Source: Epithemia pelagica
Taxonomy: Eukaryota; Protista; Bacillariophyta
Length of the DNA stretch: 64,000 nucleotides
Direction: 5' to 3'
Assembly (NCBI GenBank): GCA_946965045.2
Contig: OX337234.1
Span: 620,001 to 684,000 of the forward strand
Shown here: positions 8,649 through 17,635 of the stretch, piece after piece
Layout of the letters: each line of letters begins with the position of its first letter
Numbering within the stretch: the first letter of the stretch is position 1
Position numbers and translations under genes: made by a program
Notes under the pieces: generated by a model
What the model was told of the DNA's origin: nothing
Database searches by the model: none
Seen by the model: the letters and a program-made list of their open reading frames with translations, nothing else

Positions 8649-8662
8649 TATTTTAAAAAGAA
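8649..8662 (+). promoter_or_regulatory. Primer-binding site complementary to the element's own LTR (putative self-priming PBS)
   Basis: TATTTTAAAAAGAA is the reverse complement of TTCTTTTTAAAATA (8576-8589). No TGG tRNA-type PBS. Confidence 0.75.
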
Positions 8663-8696
8663 AATAACACTGTTGTTCACCTCAAAGCCTGAGTGC

Positions 8697-9356
8697 ATGT
8701 CGGATCAAAATCAAAACTCCCTACCTACTGACGAAACGCCTGTACTCGTATTAATCCGTGAGTTCGTGCGGTTGAACCTTCAACACGAAGGGCAAGCCAG
8801 CCGACTCAACGAAGATCACGAAACCAGACTCAGAGCTATTGACCGACAGTATTGGGCCGATACAGCAGAACTGGAACAACGATATCAACGAGCACAAGGT
8901 GAAGAACACGAACGACATCAAAGGGCCCTCCAGGAACATCGTAATCAACGAGAAGCCGATCGCGATAGGGCATATCGGATTGCACAAGAGGCAGAAGAAA
9001 CACAAGCACAGGGCGAAGGGAACCCTCAAGTTGTGGAACTGGAAGCGGTTGAAGAACCTCAAGTTGTGATCGAAGACCCTCGAAATCTCGAGATAGTGAA
9101 CGAACCAAGAGCCATACAAGTGCAAGCCCCAGCCGTTCAGAATCAACAAGGCATTATCTTTCCACCTATTGGAGCACGAGTCCGAGTGGAAACCCCTGTT
9201 CGCCTCGCACGTCATCGACACCCTTTACACAACGCAACAGGAACAGTGCTTAGACACACTGATACCTACACGTGGATCCAAGTCTGGAACCCTATCACCA
9301 GACGCAACGAAGAATTTAAGCGAAAGCCCGTCAATCTCATCATCCTACAAGAATGA
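8697..9356 (+). CDS. Element 1 extra upstream ORF0 (219 aa): coiled coil plus C-terminal KOW/SH3-like domain
   Basis: The stop overlaps the gag ATG (ATGA at 9353-9356). A homologous ORF is present in element 2. Confidence 0.85.
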   Translation: MSDQNQNSLPTDETPVLVLIREFVRLNLQHEGQASRLNEDHETRLRAIDRQYWADTAELEQRYQRAQGEEHERHQRALQEHRNQREADRDRAYRIAQEAEETQAQGEGNPQVVELEAVEEPQVVIEDPRNLEIVNEPRAIQVQAPAVQNQQGIIFPPIGARVRVETPVRLARHRHPLHNATGTVLRHTDTYTWIQVWNPITRRNEEFKRKPVNLIILQE

Positions 9357-12300
9357 GTCAGTCACCAGACAATGTTAATTCCGGTGGTGGCAGAGGAGGA
9401 CGAGGCAATAATCGTGGTCGAGGTCGTGGGGGACGTGGAGGTAGAAACAACAATGGCCAAAGCAAGTTTGAAGGGCAGGAACCCTTGTTGAAGGGATGCG
9501 TGTTTGATTATACACAAGACGCCCAAGCCAAAAAATACATTCGGAACGTGGAACTGCTGATTGGATATATCGGCATCAAGTTCCCGAAGTACAATATGGA
9601 CTTCCAGCGTGCCGTTGAAAATCTATCTTTGCCTACACCTCCTCGTCCACCACGTCCATCCGACACTGCTAGTCCTATTGAAATAAAAGAATGGGAGTTT
9701 CAGTACAAAGCAATTGACGAGAAGCGCGTGGCTACTGAAGGATTCCGCTCATCACTCTATAGTGTTCTTCTTGGTCAGTCAACGGACCTAATGAAGGACA
9801 AGCTCAAGGCCCATAGTTCCTTCCCCTCCATACAAGCTCATCGAGACGGCATCGAGTTGTTGAAGTTGATCAAGGCTACTACATTTACTTTCGATAGCGA
9901 CAGGGTCTACACTGGAATGGCGATGGATAAGATCCGTGCCGATTTCTATGGGATGAAACGACACCCCGGACAGTCTGTCCATAGTTTCTATGAGGCATTT
10001 CGGGCGAAGGTCAAGGTAATCAATGAGGTAGGAATTCTCCTCTTCGATCAGGCATATGTCCAAGAAATTGCCGCAAAGAATGGCCGACCAGGTGCACCGT
10101 CTATGGCTGATAACGAGGAAGCGCAGGACCGCATGATAGCGAATCGATTTATTCGTGCTTGCGGCCAAAAAGACTACGAAGTGCATCTACACAACAACTT
10201 CTTGGATGGGCACATCATCTACCCATCAAATCTCGCTGATGCCCGTGCAATTATCGATGCACGCATGGGGCGTCGTGAGCTCAATAGCAACAACAACAAC
10301 AACCAGAATGAATCAAACAGTGGCTCTCAAGCGCAAGGCTCAGACAATACAGGTCTTGCTTATCCAACTGCTGGCGAAACAGCCAACGAGTCACAGAATA
10401 GTGATACCAACCGAGGTTCGAACTCCGCTGATTGTTGTGTATCTGAAAATGCCTCAGACTCACTTTGTCTTTCTATTGCCACGCTTTCACAGACTAACAT
10501 TCCACCAACATGGGTCCTCCTGGATAACCAGGCCACCATTCACATCTTTTCCAACACATCATTACTCGTCAGTCCACCGAAGCCTAGCCAAGAAACCATG
10601 AGAATCAAGGGGCATGGTGGAACAATTACCACATCACAAACAGCCCAAGTCCGAGATTATGGAGCCGTATGGTTCTATGAGAGCGGCTGGGTCAACATAC
10701 TATCATTCCATCAAGTCAAGCAACAGTACAGCATCTCATACCAAGCCAACAACGATGAATTTCATGTTCGATCCCGCACAGGCGCACTCATTGACATATT
10801 CCGCGCAAGTCCCCAAGGTCTCTATTACTCTGATTGGTCCTCCCGATCTGCTGCGACTGAATTTGGACTGGTCACTACTGTAGCTACAAATAAAGCTAAG
10901 TACACAGCAAATGACGTCGCTAGAGCACAAGGAGTTAGATCATTGCAGATTAAAATAGGTCGACCAAGTGACAGAGAATTCAGCTCAATCCTGGACAAGC
11001 GGTTGCTACCCAATTGTCCTTTCACTAGCAAGGATGTCAAATTAGCCGCAAAGATGCTGGGACCCAACATAGGTACCTTGAAAGGCAAGACGGTTCGAAA
11101 GCGTCCCATGCAAGTTGACGCCTCTCTCATGATCGATGTCCCAATCCCAAAGAAATATCACGATGTTGTCCTTTGCATGGACGTACTTCATGTCAACGGG
11201 ATCCCATTCCTAGCGACGATCTCTCGCTACATCAAGTTCGGGACGATTACCGCATTGAAGGCACTCAATGGACCGACACTTTTCACGGCAATCAAACAAG
11301 TAGTATCGATCTATCGTCGTGGCAACTTGCGCCCTCGAATTCTTCTCGCCGACGGGGCATTTGATAATGAACCCATGAATGAATTTCTCCATGGGATTGG
11401 CATGAGCCTGAACCCGACATCCCGAGATGAACATGTCGGCGACATCGAACGGTACATTCGTACCATAAAGGAAAGAATGAGGTGCATGTATAATACGCTC
11501 CCATTTAAACACATGCCAAAAGTGTTGGTGATTGAAATGGCAAAAGCCGCCGTCTATTGGCTGAATGCCTTCCCAGCTGCCAATGGAATATCGGACGAGC
11601 AGAGCCCAAAGACCCTCGTCACCGGCCAACAACTGGATTATAACCGTCACTGCAAGTATGAGTTTGGACAATATGTCCAGACCCATGAGCCACACGACAA
11701 TTCCATGGAGCCAAGAACCCAAGGAGCACTGGCCCTTCGCCCAACTGGCAACCAACAGGGTGGCCATTATTTCTTGAACTTGTTATCCGGTCGTGTCATC
11801 AATCGGAACCATGCCACGATTGTTCCTATGCCTGATATTGCCCTCCAGCGAGTGCACCAATTGGCTGTTGCCCAGGAGGCATATCCGAATCTTGCTTTTG
11901 GGGATAGGGATAACCGCATCTTGGCTTTGGAATACGATGATTTTGACGAAGGAAATGATGAAGATTATGAGTATGATGTGGACGACGAGGATGATGTATT
12001 GAGGTATGATGAGGATATCGTCGATAATGAGTTGGCGACGGTGAACGAGGACCCGGTGGAGGAGTTGGTCATGGAAGAAGTGGGAAATGAGAACGATTAC
12101 GATCTTAATGATCAAGCGATAGGAGAGGATCAGGGGTTGGATGGTCCCGAGGTAGGAGAGGATCAGGAGTTGGATGGTCCCGAGGATGGTCCCGAGGATG
12201 GAGATAACGTGGGCCTTGGTTTGGATCTTAATGGTCCAGTGGATGGAGTCGTAGAAGGAGGTGGAAACGATGATGGAGTACAGGAAGGAATCGACATTGA

Positions 12301-14434
12301 TGCTCATGAGGAACAACTACATGCTGACTATGTGGAGCAGGCTGTTGCAGATCAAGAACTACTCGAGGCAAATCAAGGAGTGGAGGCAAATCAAGGAGTG
12401 GAACCCGTGCCAAATCAAGGAGTGGGCCCACAACCCGAGCAACCACCCATGCAACAACCCAACATCCATGGTGTTGGCGGTGGAATTGTTGGCGGCGGCG
12501 GTGATGCTGTGGCAGCACCCATTCACCCTAGATATAATCTACGGACGAATCGAGAACGGAACTATGCCCATCGATACAACAATGACATTTATGTTACTGC
12601 TGAAGTGGCGCAAGACGTGTCAACGCCCCAAATGGGGATGAAACAAGGAGTGCGATTGTTTGGTGATGCAGGCGTGGCCGCAGTGAAAAAGGAAGTCCTG
12701 CAGTTGCATGACCGAGAAGTAATGCGAGCCATTATGAAAAGCTCATTGACCAAACAACAAATCCGACAAGCGCTTGGATACTTGATGTTCTTGAAGAGAA
12801 AGAGAACTGGCAAAATTAAAGGACGAGGCTGCGCAGATGGCCGTAAACAACGCGAATACATAAACAAAGAAGATGCATCTTCTCCCACAGTCGCAACAGA
12901 GGCCGTCTTCCTAAGTGCAATCATTGATGCAATGGAACGAAGGGCTGTGGCAGTAGTGGATATTCCAGGGGCCTTTATGCAGGCCATGATGGACCCTGGG
13001 GTGCACATGAGAATCACCGGGCTCATGGTTGAATTGTTGCTTGAAATTGATGAAAAAATGTACCGACCATTCGTTGTGGTCGAGAAAGGCGAACCCGTCA
13101 TCTACGTTGAATTGCTTCGTGCCCTGTACGGCACCCTGCGAGCGGCAAGACTGTTTTGGGAGAAGTTAACTGCCGTCATCAAGGAGTGGGGTTTCATTGT
13201 GAACCCATACGACAGTTGTGTGGCTAACAAAACAATCAATGGGTCGCAATGCACCATCACATGGCACATTGACGACCTCAAAATATCACACAAGGAAGAA
13301 AGCGTGGTCAGCAGCATCATAGAACAAATACAAGCCACATTCGGTCAACAAGGTGAACTTTCGATTTCAAGAGGGAAACGCCATGACTATTTGGGCATGT
13401 ACCTTGACTATAGCGAACCAGGGCAGTTGATTGTTGACATGAGGACCGCCATACAGAGTATCATCGATGATGTACCAAAGGAGTTCAAAGGGGTGGCACA
13501 AACCCCAGCAGCCTCCCATCTTTTCCATCTGCAAGATGGAGCCGAGCAGTTGGATAGCGACCAGGCAGACCAGTTTCACAGTTTCACCATGAGACTGATG
13601 TATATTGCCCAACGTGGACGACCTGACATCCGAGCGGCCGTAGCTTTCCTCAGTACACGAGTGAAAGAACCAACCAAGGATGATTGGCGTAAGTTGTCGC
13701 GTGTGATGAAATACCTCCAAACAACACCCGACTTGCTTCTTCGGTTAAATTGTGATGGGACCGGAATTCTTCGATGGTGGGTGGACGCATCCTATGCCGT
13801 CCATCCTAACATGCGTGGGCATACCGGGGGTGTAATGATGATGGGAAAAGGAGCTGCGATGAGCATCTCATCAAAACAGAAGCTGGTAGCTCGTAGTTCC
13901 ACCGAGAGCGAGCTCATCGGTGTTCATGATGCCATGCCAAATATGCTTTGGTGTCGGCAATTCCTGATCGCACAAGGTTATCAAGTCAAGGAGATGAAAT
14001 TATTCCAAGATAACATGAGTGCAATGTTGTTGGAGAAGAACGGACGAGCCTCCAGCAGCAAACGTACCAAACATATCGACATTCGATATTTCTTCATTAA
14101 AGATCGAGTCGATAACAAGGAACTGACAATCGAACATTGTCCTACGGAAGAAATGATCGCCGATTTCCATACGAAACCGCTTCAGGGTAACTTGTTTTAC
14201 AAGTTCCGTGATCTTATCATGAATATCCCGAGCACTGATATCTATCATTCCTCGCGAAGGAGTGTGTTGAGACAAGATAGCACGCCCAAGGAAACACAGG
14301 ACCAAACCGCGACTCCCAAGAGAGTACAGTGGATGACGAACCCAAAGGAAGCCGAATGGCAAGTGGTGCAACCACGTAAGAGGTGCAGTCATTCCAAACC
14401 GGAGGAGGCGCAACAAAACGCTCATTCTTTTTAA
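9353..14434 (+). CDS. Gag-Pol polyprotein (1693 aa), copia order
   Basis: Protease WVLLDNQATIH; integrase MDVLHVNG...ERYIRTIKER; RT KGRGCADGRKQ / VDIPGAF / LYGTLRAARLFW / HIDDL; RNase H VDASYAVH / SSTESE / TKHIDIRYFF. Confidence 0.97.
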   Translation: MSQSPDNVNSGGGRGGRGNNRGRGRGGRGGRNNNGQSKFEGQEPLLKGCVFDYTQDAQAKKYIRNVELLIGYIGIKFPKYNMDFQRAVENLSLPTPPRPPRPSDTASPIEIKEWEFQYKAIDEKRVATEGFRSSLYSVLLGQSTDLMKDKLKAHSSFPSIQAHRDGIELLKLIKATTFTFDSDRVYTGMAMDKIRADFYGMKRHPGQSVHSFYEAFRAKVKVINEVGILLFDQAYVQEIAAKNGRPGAPSMADNEEAQDRMIANRFIRACGQKDYEVHLHNNFLDGHIIYPSNLADARAIIDARMGRRELNSNNNNNQNESNSGSQAQGSDNTGLAYPTAGETANESQNSDTNRGSNSADCCVSENASDSLCLSIATLSQTNIPPTWVLLDNQATIHIFSNTSLLVSPPKPSQETMRIKGHGGTITTSQTAQVRDYGAVWFYESGWVNILSFHQVKQQYSISYQANNDEFHVRSRTGALIDIFRASPQGLYYSDWSSRSAATEFGLVTTVATNKAKYTANDVARAQGVRSLQIKIGRPSDREFSSILDKRLLPNCPFTSKDVKLAAKMLGPNIGTLKGKTVRKRPMQVDASLMIDVPIPKKYHDVVLCMDVLHVNGIPFLATISRYIKFGTITALKALNGPTLFTAIKQVVSIYRRGNLRPRILLADGAFDNEPMNEFLHGIGMSLNPTSRDEHVGDIERYIRTIKERMRCMYNTLPFKHMPKVLVIEMAKAAVYWLNAFPAANGISDEQSPKTLVTGQQLDYNRHCKYEFGQYVQTHEPHDNSMEPRTQGALALRPTGNQQGGHYFLNLLSGRVINRNHATIVPMPDIALQRVHQLAVAQEAYPNLAFGDRDNRILALEYDDFDEGNDEDYEYDVDDEDDVLRYDEDIVDNELATVNEDPVEELVMEEVGNENDYDLNDQAIGEDQGLDGPEVGEDQELDGPEDGPEDGDNVGLGLDLNGPVDGVVEGGGNDDGVQEGIDIDAHEEQLHADYVEQAVADQELLEANQGVEANQGVEPVPNQGVGPQPEQPPMQQPNIHGVGGGIVGGGGDAVAAPIHPRYNLRTNRERNYAHRYNNDIYVTAEVAQDVSTPQMGMKQGVRLFGDAGVAAVKKEVLQLHDREVMRAIMKSSLTKQQIRQALGYLMFLKRKRTGKIKGRGCADGRKQREYINKEDASSPTVATEAVFLSAIIDAMERRAVAVVDIPGAFMQAMMDPGVHMRITGLMVELLLEIDEKMYRPFVVVEKGEPVIYVELLRALYGTLRAARLFWEKLTAVIKEWGFIVNPYDSCVANKTINGSQCTITWHIDDLKISHKEESVVSSIIEQIQATFGQQGELSISRGKRHDYLGMYLDYSEPGQLIVDMRTAIQSIIDDVPKEFKGVAQTPAASHLFHLQDGAEQLDSDQADQFHSFTMRLMYIAQRGRPDIRAAVAFLSTRVKEPTKDDWRKLSRVMKYLQTTPDLLLRLNCDGTGILRWWVDASYAVHPNMRGHTGGVMMMGKGAAMSISSKQKLVARSSTESELIGVHDAMPNMLWCRQFLIAQGYQVKEMKLFQDNMSAMLLEKNGRASSSKRTKHIDIRYFFIKDRVDNKELTIEHCPTEEMIADFHTKPLQGNLFYKFRDLIMNIPSTDIYHSSRRSVLRQDSTPKETQDQTATPKRVQWMTNPKEAEWQVVQPRKRCSHSKPEEAQQNAHSF

Positions 14435-14497
14435 AATAGAAGTAAATTGGTTTCCTTTTGTTGCCTGTACAGCACGATCGGTTGACTAGTTTCAACA
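14265..14497 (+). repeat. 3' LTR of element 1
   Basis: Direct repeat of 8416-8648; contains the pol stop codon. Confidence 0.97.
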
Positions 14498-14832
14498 GCC
14501 TGGCCCTCGTTTGATCCGTGAACGTTGAACCCTCCAGTGCATGTCCAAAATGTGACCCACCGGCGACCTTCGAGATCTCAGTGCCGGGGCTGCCACGTGG
14601 AAGAGAGGAACATGTCGTTTCGATAAGCGCCAGATTTCGTGGAGAGGCAGGCGCGCGCCAGCTCTGGTCGGCCCACGTGTCGTGTAGCCTTACTCGTACT
14701 CGTACCTCTTACCTTACTTATCACAGTACACTTGGCAAGACAGCACGACCAAACTGGGCAGGGTCGAAGTTCCCCCAGCGGCCTCATTTTTTAGTTCTTC
14801 TTGGAACAAAAGTGTGGACCGTCCCCAACACC

Positions 14833-15555
14833 ATGGCAGCCAACAACAACAACAACAACAACGAGAACCAGGCTCCGCAATACGCCGATCCCGACTTCAA
14901 TTCCTCCCTCCCTTCCATGGATGGAATGGATGATGATGATACCAATCTTGGGAAAAGCGTCCAACGCCTTGCCCTCGTGACAAACGCTCTCATGACGACG
15001 ACGACGACGACAAGTGGCACGAGTTGTCCCGTGACTCTAGAAGAAGCAGGTCGTGAGCTCCAGTATCAGCACCAGCTGGTCCAAAGGGCTACTGCTGCGG
15101 ATACTCCTCCAGCTTGGTTTGCTCCCGCGATAGCACCGCTCCTAGCACCTCTCCGTTCCGATATTGCAGACTTGCGAGCCGATATTACAGGCATGCAAGC
15201 CAATATTACAGGCATGCAAGCCAATATTACAGGCATGCAAGCCAATATGAATGTCATGCGAGCCGAGCAAATCCGAAAGTCAAACTTTGATAATCTCTAT
15301 CGTGGTTCCCGTTTCCGCTTCCCTGTGGTATTGATCGAAGGTGGATCGATTCCAGTGGGTTCAGTCCCCACTCTGAACGACCTGGGCCTCCCTGAAGACT
15401 TTGTTTGCAAACGGAAGAGTCTGGACACTCTGGATAGCCCCCAACTGACAAACATCTATCAGGTGTACCGCGAACCTGGGCTTCAATCGAGACGTCCAAA
15501 TACTCTGGCCTCGCGTCGTCATGCCCTTGTGGTACTCCTCTATGGCAACATCTAA
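14833..15555 (+). CDS. Coiled-coil protein, tentatively Mug135-like family (240 aa)
   Basis: ATG after a CAACACC leader. PPAWFAPAIAPL motif; three 21-bp repeats encoding ITGMQAN heptads (15181-15248). Confidence 0.55.
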   Translation: MAANNNNNNNENQAPQYADPDFNSSLPSMDGMDDDDTNLGKSVQRLALVTNALMTTTTTTSGTSCPVTLEEAGRELQYQHQLVQRATAADTPPAWFAPAIAPLLAPLRSDIADLRADITGMQANITGMQANITGMQANMNVMRAEQIRKSNFDNLYRGSRFRFPVVLIEGGSIPVGSVPTLNDLGLPEDFVCKRKSLDTLDSPQLTNIYQVYREPGLQSRRPNTLASRRHALVVLLYGNI

Positions 15556-15879
15556 AGTCGTTGTCCAGGAAGGGGAGAGAATCAACTCCTGTTCGTTGCT
15601 TCCAATTTTCATAAATTGTTCTGTCCCTCATAATGAAGCCAATGCTCGATCGTAGAGTAGAATATCATATATATAGAACGTTCCATGTTGCATACCAGTA
15701 TTTTTGTCAGTGTGGACGGCATATCACGCCTTCTACAAAACGAGTCATAGGTCTCTTTTGGTGGAGCGTACGAATCGTTCGGAGTTGAGACGATGCTACT
15801 CTATTCGCGAATACTCCGGGACTTCTCTTCTCGCCCCTGCAGGAAAGCACAAAAGTCAGTCCGTCAAACTTGTGTCGTC

Positions 15880-16190
15880 TCGATCGAGATTTCCTTTTCC
15901 GTTTCCCAGTGGTGATGATGGAAGGTGGAGATGTTCCAGTCGGTTCGGTCCCTACTCTCAACGACCTGGGTCTACCAGAAGACTTTGTTTGCAAACGGGA
16001 GAATCTGGACACTTTGACAGACGTGCGCAACTGACAAACATCTTTCAGGTGTACCTCGAACCAGGGCTTTACTATCGTGGATATACTCTTGCCTCACGTC
16101 GTCGAGCCCTTGTGGAACTCCTCTATGGCAACATCTCAAGTCGTTGACTGGGAAGGGGAGAGAATCAACTCCTGTTCGTTGCTTCACAAT
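15880..16190 (+). pseudogene. Diverged tandem duplicate of the 3' part of the preceding gene
   Basis: FRFPVV..EGG..PVGSVPTLNDLGLPEDFVCKR...LASRRRALVELLYGNI with a frameshift. The 3' flank is also duplicated (~15710-15855 vs ~16277-16420). Confidence 0.8.
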
Positions 16191-16807
16191 ACTAGTTTTC
16201 TGTCTCTTATAGCGAAGCCAAGGCTCGATAATAAAGTATATATACGTTTCATCTATTATGCACAACTAATGCTGTAGTGGACGGCATATCAAACATCAAG
16301 CCTTCTACGAAAAAAGTCATAGGTTTGAGTTAGGGTTGCGCTTTGAGATCAGTCTGAGTTTACACGATGCTACCCCGTTCACGAATACTCCGTTCTCGCC
16401 CATGCAGGATAGCACACAAGAACTCTCTATGCGTAGGTTCCGTGTGGCAAGAGCAACCAACGAGTGCCGAAATGTATACTCCCATGTCTCTTTTATTGAA
16501 GTGGTCTCTTTACTCGGACCATGGCGCTGAGGGAGATAATGAATACGTAGGCTATCGTGCAATAGGACAACGTTTGAATCCACATAGCGTCTATATATAA
16601 TTTATTATGAGTCTTTCGGGTTTCTATCAAAGCGGCGGTATCCACCACTGGCATCATCTATCATTCGCAACGTAGCGCATTTCATTCATTCATCATTTTG
16701 TGAAACGTTTGTTTTTTGTTTGTTTGCACACACACATAGTCTATTTGTCGTTTTTGTTTGTTTGTTTGTTCATCGGTATAGCATCCCTGGCGTAGTAGTT
16801 CCCCGTC

Positions 16808-17635
16808 TTACGCCGAGACTCCCCCCGAAGAGAGAAGCACCATTCGGACGCGTGAAGCCAGGGTCGACAAGACTCCTAGCAACAAGACGGCCATGTGCCA
16901 GCCTCCACTCCAGCGGAGAAGAAACAGAGGAAGTTCGGGAATTCGTTTCCACGCCAAAGTTTTCATCGAGCCTTGTGCGAACACCTGTTGAATCACGGCG
17001 GCTTGGAGGAGCTTGGTCTTTTGTTGTTGGACAAGGGCTTTCACAGTAGCGCGAGCCGGCAAGGGTTGTTGTTTCCAGAGCATCCAACCCAGGACCACCG
17101 CCCATACCGAACGCTTGGAGGAACTGCTGGTGGATTCCAAAGACGAGGATTCTTGTTTGACAATCGCTTTCGGAGGCGTCGTGGCTGGTAGTGGCTCTGC
17201 CACGGATCGACGATCAAGCTTGGTAGGTTGCGCAGGTACAGACACGGCCGGTTCGCTTTCGTGGATTTGATGGTATCGCTTGTCCAGGAATTTCAAGTAT
17301 TCATCGACGCGTTGCGAAATTTCCTCGCTGGCTGCATCCACACTGGTAGCACTGTAGTGCGAATGGCCAGGAAACAGACCCTTCCACCAACGGCTGTTGG
17401 TACTACTGCTAATGGTGGCTTCCTCCTGTAAACTCAATCGTTGCACATATTCTTCCACATCGCCATTGCGATATTGCAATCGGGGATTGGTCGACTCCGA
17501 CGAACGGCGACTCCCGTAGGCGGTCGTGGCAATCGAGACCTTGGGCAAGGATATGGCTTGCAGAGCCATGGTAGTTGTTGGTAAGACGGCCAGGAGAACG
17601 GCCGTTAACACTACGATAGGAACGCTCCTCCTCAT
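16808..17635 (-). CDS. Hypothetical protein with signal peptide
   Basis: Hydrophobic N-terminus (VPIVVLTAVLLAVL) and a VDEYLKFLDKRY motif. The start could be further upstream (17749). Confidence 0.65.
   Translation of the reverse strand: MRRSVPIVVLTAVLLAVLPTTTMALQAISLPKVSIATTAYGSRRSSESTNPRLQYRNGDVEEYVQRLSLQEEATISSSTNSRWWKGLFPGHSHYSATSVDAASEEISQRVDEYLKFLDKRYHQIHESEPAVSVPAQPTKLDRRSVAEPLPATTPPKAIVKQESSSLESTSSSSKRSVWAVVLGWMLWKQQPLPARATVKALVQQQKTKLLQAAVIQQVFAQGSMKTLAWKRIPELPLFLLRWSGGWHMAVLLLGVLSTLASRVRMVLLSSGGVSA

Larger units (their letters stand above)
8416..14497 (+). mobile_element. Full-length, apparently intact Ty1/copia LTR retrotransposon (element 1)
   Basis: Two 233-bp LTRs that look identical by eye (TGTTG...CAACA), domain order PR-IN-RT-RH, and purine tract CGCGAAGGAGTG before the 3' LTR. 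Confidence 0.97.

Noticed and set aside
8649-8670. tRNA-Met or other tRNA primer-binding site
   Set aside because: No TGG after either 5' LTR, and the sequence is fully explained by LTR self-complementarity. A host tRNA search is still needed to close this formally.
8268-14495. Duplicated minus-strand ORFs at 8268-8649 and 14000-14495
   Set aside because: They are antisense translations of the two identical LTRs.
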